In this document: positions 47,832 to 56,846 of the stretch, piece after piece
Position numbering within the stretch: the first letter of the stretch is position 1
Layout of the letters: every line of letters begins with the position of its first letter
Translations under genes and position numbers: made by a program
The notes under the pieces: generated by a model
What the model was told of the DNA's origin: nothing
Seen by the model: only the letters and a program-made list of their open reading frames with translations
The model's database searches: none
Assembly: GCA_049974845.1 (NCBI GenBank)
Contig: JBNGCP010000003.1
Location: forward strand, 20,643-84,642
Direction of reading: 5' to 3'
DNA length: 64,000 bases
DNA from: Anaerolineae bacterium
GTDB taxonomy: Bacteria > Chloroflexota > Anaerolineae > B4-G1 > SLSP01

Positions 47832-50444
47832 ATGGCTAAGAGATTTATGGTTGTGCTCGGAGCGTTCCTCGTGTTGAGCATGGTGCTCAGCGCTTGCGCA
47901 ACGCCTACACCCGAGGTCATCGAGAAGACCGTCGAGGTCGAGAAGACCGTCGAGGTCGAGAAGACCGTCGAAGTCGAGAAGACCGTGGTGATCGAGAAGA
48001 CCGTCGAGGTTGAGGTTCCTGTAGAAGCTGAGCCTGAACCTGTCGATCGCAGAGGCGCGTGGGTGGACACGGTGATCATGTCCGAGGAGCCCTCTTCGGA
48101 TGCTGCGGTGAGGCGGCTCCAGACCGGCGACATCGACCTCTATGCGTACAGCATCGCGGACCCCGTTGTCGCTGAGGCGATTTACGCGGCTGATGAGCTC
48201 GACTATGCGACGTCGTACGGCAGCTACAACGAGATCACCTTTAACACGGCAGGCCCCGAGTTTGAGGATGGCCGGCTCAACCCCTTCTCGGTCCCCAGAA
48301 TCCGCGAGGCGATGAACTGGCTCGTGGACCGCGACTACATCGTGGAGGAGATCTCGGGCGGTATGGCGATTCCGCGGTATACGGCGATCAACTTCGCTTC
48401 GAACGACACGGCCCTTCTCGCAGACGTCATTTCGGCGGTGGAGCTAACCTATGCCCATGATCCCGATAGAGCAGAAGCGATCATCACCGAGGAGATGGAA
48501 GCGCTAGGCGCCGAGATGGTCGATGGTCAATGGCAGTATAACGGCGAGCCTGTGGAGATCATCGCCCTGATCCGTACTGAGGATGAGCGCTTGGAGATCG
48601 GCGACTACGTCTCCAACCTGCTTGAGGACATCGGCTTCACCGTGACCCGCGACTACAAGACGTCGTCTGAGGCCGCCACCTGCTGGCTCAGCGAGCAGCC
48701 CTCGGTGGGTTGCTTCAGTTTCTACACCGGCGGCTGGGTGAGCACGGCGATCAGCCGTGACGAGGGCGGCAACTTCCTCTTCTTCTACACCCCCGATGGC
48801 TATACCGGCGTGCCCCTGTGGGACAACTACACACCTACAGAGGAATTCTACCAGCTCTCCCGTGACCTGAACAACAACAACTTCAACACCATGGAAGAGC
48901 GTCGCGAGATGATGGCCGAGGCCCTCAAGCTGTCGATGGAAGACTCGGCACGCATCTGGCTCAAAGACGACATCGGCATTTCACCGCAGCGCAGCAACGT
49001 CCAGGTGGCGGCTGACCTCTCCGGCTCTGTCTACGGTGCACATCTCTGGGCCCAGACCCTGCGGTTCAAGGACAAGGTCGGAGGCGTGGTCAACATGGCC
49101 CTGCCCAGCCTGATGACGCAGCCCTGGAACCCGGTCTCCGGCTCCAACTGGGTCTACGACATGATGCCCGTCCGCGGTATGGCGGGTGGCGCCGTCGTGG
49201 TTGATCCCTACACCGGTCTAAACCGACCGATGTTCCTCGAGAGTGCCGAGGTTTATGTCCAGGAAGGCTTGCCCGTAGGACAGACCTACGACTGGCTTAC
49301 GCTCGAGTTCGTGGACGAGATCGTCGTTCCCGACGACGCCTGGGCCGACTGGGACCCGGTGAATCAGGTCTTCATCACGGCGGGTGAGAAATACACCGAG
49401 ACGATGACGGCGAAGTCAAAGATCGTTATGACCTATCCTGAGGACTTCCCGGAGTCCGTGAAGTGGCACGATGGCAGCACCTTCAGCCTGGCCGATATGG
49501 TCTTCTTGGCCGCGATCACCTTCGATCGCGCGCAAGAGGAAAGCGCGATCTTTGATCCGGCCGCGGTGGGCAGCTTCACCTCGTTTATGCAGGCCTTCAG
49601 GGGCTGGCGTATCGCCTCCGAGGATCCGGTGGTGATCGAGTACTACACCGACGCCTACGGGCTCGACGCCGAGAACAACGTCAGCAACTTCCGCGCGATG
49701 TATCCCAACATCGGCGGGTATGATCAGGGATCGGGTGCCTGGCACAACATGGCGGTCGCGTGGATGGCAGAGGCGGACGGCGAGCTGGCCTTCTCGGACA
49801 GCAAGGCCGGGGAGCTCGAGGTCGAGTACATGAGCTTCATCGGCGGCCCGAGCCTCGAGATCCTGAAGACGAAGCTGGATGCGGCTCAGGAGGAAGGTTT
49901 CATTCCTTACGAGCCGACGCTGAGCCAGTACCTCTCCGACGGCGAGGTCGAGGCCCGCTACGCAAATCTGCAGGAATGGTACCGCGTGCGCGACCACTTC
50001 TACCTGGGCACCGGCCCCTTCTTCCTGGCGGACGTCTTCCCCGTCGAGGGTACCCTGATTCTGCAGAACAACCCAGACTACCCCGACATGGCCGATCGGT
50101 GGTCAGGGTTCGCCGAGCCGCCCATCCCCGAGGTCATGGTGGATGGACCGGGGCAGGTCGGGATTGGCGAGGAAGCCGTGTACGATGTCTTCGTCGATCT
50201 TGAGGAGGGCGTCCCCTATCCGGTCAAGGACATCTCCATGGTCAAGTACCTGGTCTTCGATGCCACCGGTGCCCTCGCCTTCACGGGCGACGCCGAGGCC
50301 GTCGAGGATGGGTACTGGCAGGTCGTCCTCGGTGAGGATATCACGGGCGAGCTAGAAGCCGGCTCCAACCGGCTGGTGGTGATCGCGGTCTCCAAGAACG
50401 CGCTCGTGCCCGTGCGCCAGACCGTGGAGTTCGTGACCCAATAG
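47832..50444 (+). CDS. ABC transporter substrate-binding lipoprotein, family 5 (peptide/nickel type), unusually large (870 aa)
   Basis: Signal peptide plus lipobox LSAC, then an (E/K)TVEVE hexapeptide tandem-repeat linker, then an SBP5-like domain and a C-terminal extension of about 300 aa. GAAGGAGGAG RBS. Confidence 0.8.
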   Translation: MAKRFMVVLGAFLVLSMVLSACATPTPEVIEKTVEVEKTVEVEKTVEVEKTVVIEKTVEVEVPVEAEPEPVDRRGAWVDTVIMSEEPSSDAAVRRLQTGDIDLYAYSIADPVVAEAIYAADELDYATSYGSYNEITFNTAGPEFEDGRLNPFSVPRIREAMNWLVDRDYIVEEISGGMAIPRYTAINFASNDTALLADVISAVELTYAHDPDRAEAIITEEMEALGAEMVDGQWQYNGEPVEIIALIRTEDERLEIGDYVSNLLEDIGFTVTRDYKTSSEAATCWLSEQPSVGCFSFYTGGWVSTAISRDEGGNFLFFYTPDGYTGVPLWDNYTPTEEFYQLSRDLNNNNFNTMEERREMMAEALKLSMEDSARIWLKDDIGISPQRSNVQVAADLSGSVYGAHLWAQTLRFKDKVGGVVNMALPSLMTQPWNPVSGSNWVYDMMPVRGMAGGAVVVDPYTGLNRPMFLESAEVYVQEGLPVGQTYDWLTLEFVDEIVVPDDAWADWDPVNQVFITAGEKYTETMTAKSKIVMTYPEDFPESVKWHDGSTFSLADMVFLAAITFDRAQEESAIFDPAAVGSFTSFMQAFRGWRIASEDPVVIEYYTDAYGLDAENNVSNFRAMYPNIGGYDQGSGAWHNMAVAWMAEADGELAFSDSKAGELEVEYMSFIGGPSLEILKTKLDAAQEEGFIPYEPTLSQYLSDGEVEARYANLQEWYRVRDHFYLGTGPFFLADVFPVEGTLILQNNPDYPDMADRWSGFAEPPIPEVMVDGPGQVGIGEEAVYDVFVDLEEGVPYPVKDISMVKYLVFDATGALAFTGDAEAVEDGYWQVVLGEDITGELEAGSNRLVVIAVSKNALVPVRQTVEFVTQ
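47922..48011 (+). repeat. 5 tandem 18-bp repeats (GAGAAGACCGTCGAGGTC) encoding the EKTVEV linker
   Basis: Read directly from the sequence. Confidence 0.85.
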
Positions 50445-50464
50445 CAGAGCTGCTGATTGATCGT

Positions 50465-50492
50465 CCTGGAGGGATGAGCTCATCCCTCCAGG
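50465..50492. terminator. 28-bp perfect palindrome CCTGGAGGGATGAGCTCATCCCTCCAGG after the SBP gene
   Basis: 12-bp stem with a 4-nt loop. No T-run, so its terminator function is uncertain. Confidence 0.4.
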
Positions 50493-50560
50493 ACAGACCT
50501 AAGAGGCCGCTTGCGATGACTGCGGTTTGAGATGATGTTTGAGATGACCTAAGATGAAAA

Positions 50561-50593
50561 GGGGGGCGGGTCTCACTCGCCCCCCTCTCTTTG
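50561..50593 (+). terminator. intrinsic terminator (GGGGGGCGggtctcactCGCCCCC + TCTCTTT)
   Basis: GC stem of 8 bp followed by a T-rich tract. Confidence 0.55.
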
Positions 50594-50604
50594 TAGGCTG
50601 GTCA

Positions 50605-50828
50605 GGGCAATCGCACCTAGTCGAACGGAGGTGCAACGCACCTAAACTCGACAGCGAGTGGTACCTTGACATCGGGTCGTGGGCGACGAAGCCAGGTGCG
50701 TTGCACCTAGTGGTCAGTTAAGTTGGTTCGTAGTAACCGATTCATCGGTTATGCAGCCGGTTTCTGAGGCACCGGAACGACTGAAGTCGTTACTACGAAC
50801 CCCAAACATCAGCTTAACTGACCACTAG
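50605..50828. repeat. MITE-like element copy C plus an adjoining second long inverted repeat (50707-50828)
   Basis: Outer motif GGGCAATCGCA. Inner unit 50629-50708 with perfect TIRs. Then 16-bp arms CTAGTGGTCAGTTAAG/CTTAACTGACCACTAG and 11-bp arms TTCGTAGTAAC/GTTACTACGAA. Confidence 0.7.
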
Positions 50829-51021
50829 CAGGCTGGCTAGATGCCGTTGAAGCAGACGTCCCAATCTGGCAGCATACTTTGACAGCGATGCATGCAGAAG
50901 GCATAGCGATACAGGAGAAACGTGCCCTGAGGCTCTCTGTGCCTTCTCTGTGTAGCTCTGGATGATAGGTATGATACAGGTATCTTAGTTGCTGCCCTCA
51001 ATATAGAAAGTGAGAAGTAGG

Positions 51022-52170
51022 ATGAGTGATACAGCGTTGACGATGGAGACGGAGGGGGCCCCTCGCGTCAGGCCAAAGTCTGGCCCCAGCGCGCTCGCGC
51101 GGGTTGCCAGGTATTCGGCTGTCCGTCTGGCGGTGCTCTTTGTCACCGTTGTCGTCGGCATCTATCTGGTCGTTCTCGTCGCCAACATGGGGGGATACGT
51201 CGACCAGATACGGCTGGGGAATATCCAGCAGACGATCTCGCTACAGATCTCCCAGGACCAGAGCCCCGAGATGCGCGCCCTGAGCGCCCAGGAGAGGCAG
51301 GCGCTGATCAGGGATCGGGTTGAGATAGAGGTAAAGCGCCAAGGCCTGGACAAGCCCTTTATCGTGCGCAGTTTCGGATACCTCAAGGGGGCGATCACGC
51401 TGGACCTGGGCTTCGCTATGGACATGATCAGTGACAGCGGCTCGAAGCAGGTGCGGCTGATTCTCCTGGAGCGGCTGCCACCCACCCTGCTGATGTGGGG
51501 CGTGTCCAACCTGTTGCTCTTCTTCATCAGCCTCTTCTTCGGCCTCGTCCTCTCCAGAAAGTACGGCAGCGCCTTGGACCGCATCGTCATCGCGCTGGCC
51601 CCCACGTCGTCGGCGCCGGGCTGGTTTTATGGCTTGTTCTTGATCCTGATCTTTGCGGGGGTGCTGCAGATCCTCCCCTTCGGCGGGATGGTGGCGGCGC
51701 CGCCTCCCGAGACCACGGTGGGCTATGCCCTCAGCTTACTGCGACACCTGATCCTGCCGACCACTGCCATTGTTGTCAGCACCATCTTCCTGCAGACCTA
51801 CAACTTCCGTACCTTCTTCTTGATCTATTCGAGCGAGGACTACGTGGAGGTGGCGAAGGCCAAAGGTCTCTCCGACAGGGAGATCGAGCGGCGCTACGTG
51901 CTCAGACCGGTACTGCCCACGATTATCACGCAGTTTGCCCTAACGGTCATTACCTTGTGGACGGGGGCGACGATCTTGGAGACGGTCTTCAACTGGCCCG
52001 GGCTGGGCCGCGCGCTCTATCAGGCGATTGGACTCTTCGACACGCCGGTGATTGTGGGCTCTCAGGTGATCTATGCTTACCTTCTCGCCGCCACGGTCTT
52101 TGTTCTGGACTTTATCTACGCCTTGGTCGATCCGCGGGTGCGGATTGGAGGAGAGGGGAGAACAAGATGA
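51022..52170 (+). CDS. ABC transporter permease (OppB/DppB-like)
   Basis: Multi-TM protein with an EAA-like motif region. GAGAAGTAGG RBS. Confidence 0.85.
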   Translation: MSDTALTMETEGAPRVRPKSGPSALARVARYSAVRLAVLFVTVVVGIYLVVLVANMGGYVDQIRLGNIQQTISLQISQDQSPEMRALSAQERQALIRDRVEIEVKRQGLDKPFIVRSFGYLKGAITLDLGFAMDMISDSGSKQVRLILLERLPPTLLMWGVSNLLLFFISLFFGLVLSRKYGSALDRIVIALAPTSSAPGWFYGLFLILIFAGVLQILPFGGMVAAPPPETTVGYALSLLRHLILPTTAIVVSTIFLQTYNFRTFFLIYSSEDYVEVAKAKGLSDREIERRYVLRPVLPTIITQFALTVITLWTGATILETVFNWPGLGRALYQAIGLFDTPVIVGSQVIYAYLLAATVFVLDFIYALVDPRVRIGGEGRTR

Positions 52171-53501
52171 AAACGCTCCGTGAGCTATTCCAGTATCCGG
52201 CTGCAGCGGTCGGGATCATCATCATCGTGCTTCTGGTGGCTCTGTCGATCTATGCCGTGATCTCGATACCCTACAGCGAGGCAATACGGCTCTGGCGGGG
52301 CGGGGAGGACGTTTGGTATCATACCCCGAAGAACGCTGCTCCCGTGTGGACCAACTGGTTTACCAGCAAGGACCTTCCCGCAACGATACGGATGGATAGC
52401 CGGGATGAGGAGGTGGAGAAGACTGTCGAAGCGGGGTCGGGAGAGATGACGAATATCGCTTTCTCGTTTGCTTTCGACTTTCCTTATGACGATTTCCCGC
52501 GCGAGCTTTCGGTCTTCTTCGAAGCTGAGTACGACCAGAAGGCGCCACACGTCTCCATGGCGTGGCTGACCCCGGATGGGAGAGAGATCCGGATTGCGGA
52601 CAAATCCGTGACTCAGTCAGAAACCTACCGTGTCTCCCAGGACAACACGCTCCAACGGAGGCTCGGGGGTGCACTCCCGCACCAAGGGCTGTTCGCTGTC
52701 GATCCGAAGGCTGACACGCTCGAGCCCTTACAGGGTACGTACACGTTGCAGGTGGAGGCTATCACCTTTGAGCCTGAGTCCGATGTCGATGCCGAGATGG
52801 TCGTCTACGGGCAGCTTCATGGCTTGGCAGGAACGGACCATCGGCGCCGGGATCTGACCGTGGCACTCCTCTGGGGCACGCCCATCGCCCTCGGCTTTGG
52901 GCTTTTGGCAGCCGTCGGTACCAGTCTGATCCAGATGATCATCGCAGCCATCGGCACGTGGTATGGGGGCTGGGTGGATGGGTTGATCCAGCGCATCACC
53001 GAGGTGAACATGGTCTTACCCTTTCTGCCGATTATGATCATGATCGGCACGTTCTACTCCAAGAGCATCTTTGTGCTGCTCGGGGTCGTGGTCCTCTTGT
53101 CCATCTTCGGCGGTGGGATCAAGACCAACCGGGCGATGTTCCTACAGGTCAAGAACTCGCCCTATATCGAGGCAGCGCAGGCCTATGGGGCCTCCGATGC
53201 GCGCTTGATCCGCAAGTATCTGATTCCGCGCATCATACCGACGTTGCTTCCCAGCCTGGTCGCGCTGGTTCCCAGTTTTGTCTTCCTGGAGGCGGCGCTT
53301 GCTCTTCTGGGGTTGGGCGATCCCGTCCTCCCCACCTGGGGCAAGGTGATCAACGATGCTTACGGCAACGGTGCTCTATACTACGGCCACTACTACTGGA
53401 TTTTGGAACCTTCTGTCCTGTTGATGGTGATGGCACTGGCCTTTTCGCTACTGGGCTTTTCCCTAGACCGTATCTTCAATCCTAGACTGAGAGGGATGTA
53501 G
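52167..53501 (+). CDS. ABC transporter permease (OppC/DppC-like) with a ~200-aa periplasmic insertion after TM1
   Basis: ATGA start/stop overlap with the upstream permease. It is hidden inside the long alternate-frame ORF 51495..53501 of the track. Confidence 0.8.
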   Translation: MKTLRELFQYPAAAVGIIIIVLLVALSIYAVISIPYSEAIRLWRGGEDVWYHTPKNAAPVWTNWFTSKDLPATIRMDSRDEEVEKTVEAGSGEMTNIAFSFAFDFPYDDFPRELSVFFEAEYDQKAPHVSMAWLTPDGREIRIADKSVTQSETYRVSQDNTLQRRLGGALPHQGLFAVDPKADTLEPLQGTYTLQVEAITFEPESDVDAEMVVYGQLHGLAGTDHRRRDLTVALLWGTPIALGFGLLAAVGTSLIQMIIAAIGTWYGGWVDGLIQRITEVNMVLPFLPIMIMIGTFYSKSIFVLLGVVVLLSIFGGGIKTNRAMFLQVKNSPYIEAAQAYGASDARLIRKYLIPRIIPTLLPSLVALVPSFVFLEAALALLGLGDPVLPTWGKVINDAYGNGALYYGHYYWILEPSVLLMVMALAFSLLGFSLDRIFNPRLRGM

Positions 53502-53506
53502 GACCG

Positions 53507-54466
<960 letters not shown>

Positions 54467-54481
54467 AGAGAGAGCTAGACG

Positions 54482-55540
54482 ATGTCATCAGTTATGAATG
54501 AACAGCCACAGGATACGGTGCAGGGGGCAGCGGCACCACAAACGATAAACACGGAGAGACAGCAGCCCAAGACGTTGCTGTCCGTGGAGGACCTACACGT
54601 CTGGTTCGAGCTCAAACGCTGGGGCTTTCTGCACGCGGGTTACGTGCAGGCCGTGGATGGCGTCAACTTCACGCTACCCCAGGGTGGGGCTGTCGGGATC
54701 GTCGGTGAGAGCGGGTGCGGCAAGACCACGCTGATGAAGACGATCCTGGGACTCTATCAGCCCATCAAGGGCAGGGTTGTGTTCAGGGGAGAGGATCTGA
54801 GCGAGCTGACGACGCGCGATATGCGGGCTTACCGGGGTAACGTGGGGTACGTGCAACAGGACCCCTACGGCGCGCTCCCGCCCTTTATGACGGTGGAGCG
54901 TATCCTGGCGGAGCCCCTGATCGTCACCGGTGTCAAGGATCGGGAAGAGCACGAGATGCGTATCCGCGACGTGCTTACTGAGGTCAAGATGACGCCGGTC
55001 GATGACTTCATCACCAAGTTTCCTCATATGCTCAGCGGCGGGCAGCAGCAGCGGATCGTGATCGCCCGGGCCATGATCCTCAATCCTCGGCTCATTGTGG
55101 CCGACGAGCCGGTCTCGATGCTCGATGCCTCTGTACGTGTGGAAATCCTGAGGCTCTTGGAGAAACTGCAGGAAACGCATAACCTTGCCGTCATCTACAT
55201 CACCCACGACCTCTCCACCGTCCGTTACTTCTCGGATCGGATCTTCGTGATGTATGCCGGAAAACTCGTGGAGCGGGCAGAGGTGAACTTGCTTCTGCGC
55301 AATCCGCTGCATCCTTATACACAAGCGCTGCTTACGGCGACGCCGGACCCCGATTACCGAAATGCCCTGACCCATAAAGAGGTGCCGCCCGGTGAGCCGC
55401 CCAGCCTGGTCAATCCGCCCAAGGGGTGTCGGTTCCACCCGCGATGTCCTTACAAGATCGATGGGCTGTGTGATGTCGAGCTGCCGCCGGATTTCGAGCC
55501 GGAGCCCGAGCACTACGTAGCCTGCTGGCTGTATCGTTAG
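54482..55540 (+). CDS. ABC transporter ATP-binding protein (OppF/DppF-like)
   Basis: GESGCGKTT, LSGGQQQR, IVADEPVSMLD. Confidence 0.9.
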   Translation: MSSVMNEQPQDTVQGAAAPQTINTERQQPKTLLSVEDLHVWFELKRWGFLHAGYVQAVDGVNFTLPQGGAVGIVGESGCGKTTLMKTILGLYQPIKGRVVFRGEDLSELTTRDMRAYRGNVGYVQQDPYGALPPFMTVERILAEPLIVTGVKDREEHEMRIRDVLTEVKMTPVDDFITKFPHMLSGGQQQRIVIARAMILNPRLIVADEPVSMLDASVRVEILRLLEKLQETHNLAVIYITHDLSTVRYFSDRIFVMYAGKLVERAEVNLLLRNPLHPYTQALLTATPDPDYRNALTHKEVPPGEPPSLVNPPKGCRFHPRCPYKIDGLCDVELPPDFEPEPEHYVACWLYR

Positions 55541-55583
55541 GGCTTGAGGATAGGGGCAGTATCGTGCTTGATCAGAGGTGCAT

Positions 55584-55844
55584 ATGATGGCTGAGAAACC
55601 AGGAAAGTTGATTCTTATCGGTGGCATCTTGGTGGTGCTGGGATTCGTCGTCCCATTGATGATGGTCCTTGGCCTCATTAGGACGACGTTCCTGATCAGT
55701 ATTCTCGCTCATAGCGCCTCAGTTGGCGGTCTATTCCTGGGTTTCCTGGGCGTTATGCTGATCGTCAGGGTTAGAAGGGATCCATCCTGGGAGGAGCGTT
55801 TCGAGTCCTCGCCATGGTCGGATGATCTAGCTCCCAGGCGTTGA
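55584..55844 (+). CDS. small hypothetical membrane protein (2 TM)
   Basis: Hydrophobic ORF. The ATG lies 3-6 nt after GAGGTG. Confidence 0.4.
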   Translation: MMAEKPGKLILIGGILVVLGFVVPLMMVLGLIRTTFLISILAHSASVGGLFLGFLGVMLIVRVRRDPSWEERFESSPWSDDLAPRR

Positions 55845-55904
55845 AACGCCCTTCAGATGTGGCTTTTTCACGCTGGATTCTAGTCTGCTGAAGGGGTGAG
55901 GAAG

Positions 55905-56627
55905 ATGAAGGGTGAACGGTCAGCAAGCATACTAAGTCTGGTCATCTTCTCTATCGGTGTCCTTCTGGGCATGGTTTTCATCGGTCTCGCTGTGTGGGGA
56001 GATCTCGAGGCCACACTCTTCAATCCCGGCGGGCGACAGGAGGCGAATCTCGGGCGTTTGCGTTGCCCCGTGCTGCTGACCAAGGCCCAGGAGTCAGCGA
56101 CGATCAGCGTTCGAATCAAGAATACGCTTGATCGTGCGACCAGCTTCTTCGCACGCGCTCGCATCAGCGAGGGGTTTCTCACGCTGATGCGTGAGGAGAC
56201 GACGCAGGTACCCCTTGAGCCGGGAGAGGCAGAGCGGCTGGAGTGGCAAGTCAGTGCGGACGATGCTGCCTTTGAACGGATTGTCCTTTTCAAGGTGGCC
56301 ATTTCGGGGGGGTATCCGTTGCCCGCTCGACAGGGTACGTGTGGCATCGTCGTTGTTGATCTTCCCTACTTGACCGGCAATCAGGCGTATGCGCTTGGGG
56401 TGGTCATTAGCTCGGCCATGACGATAGGGGGGGTGGCGCTGTGGTTCGTCAATAACCCGCGCCGCTTCGGCGTTCAGGTGCAGATTGCCCGGCTCCTGAT
56501 CGTGGCGGCTTCCGCTATCGCCATTGGGATCATCGTGAGCCTTCTCGGGTGGTGGTCCATCGGCGTCGCGGTTCTGGTCATCATCTTGCTCAGTGTCGGG
56601 GCTCTCATTGGCTACCTCGGCCAATAG
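55905..56627 (+). CDS. hypothetical integral membrane protein
   Basis: N-terminal TM, a soluble domain of about 110 aa, then 3-4 C-terminal TM segments. The ATG lies after GAGGAAG. Confidence 0.5.
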   Translation: MKGERSASILSLVIFSIGVLLGMVFIGLAVWGDLEATLFNPGGRQEANLGRLRCPVLLTKAQESATISVRIKNTLDRATSFFARARISEGFLTLMREETTQVPLEPGEAERLEWQVSADDAAFERIVLFKVAISGGYPLPARQGTCGIVVVDLPYLTGNQAYALGVVISSAMTIGGVALWFVNNPRRFGVQVQIARLLIVAASAIAIGIIVSLLGWWSIGVAVLVIILLSVGALIGYLGQ

Positions 56628-56846
56628 CTCCAGACATTGATCGTAAACCGACTAGCCCGTTCCATACCTCGGTTTGTCGTTCATGCATCGTAACACGCGT
56701 AATACGGCGGTCATCAACCTATGAGCCCAGACCACAATTCACGCCTGACTAGCTTCCCGGTGCTTTGGCTGGTTGCTGGACCACGGACTTAGCGTATAAT
56801 CGGTCCTTGGCAGATATCCGGGTGGCTGAAGAAGGAGACAATCTGT

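Noticed and set aside
51495-52166. N-terminal 224 codons of the 668-aa ORF 51495..53501
   Set aside because: This is an alternate-frame read-through over the first permease gene. The real second permease starts at 52167 with an ATGA overlap. The upstream part is Pro/Gly/Arg-rich with no TM pattern.
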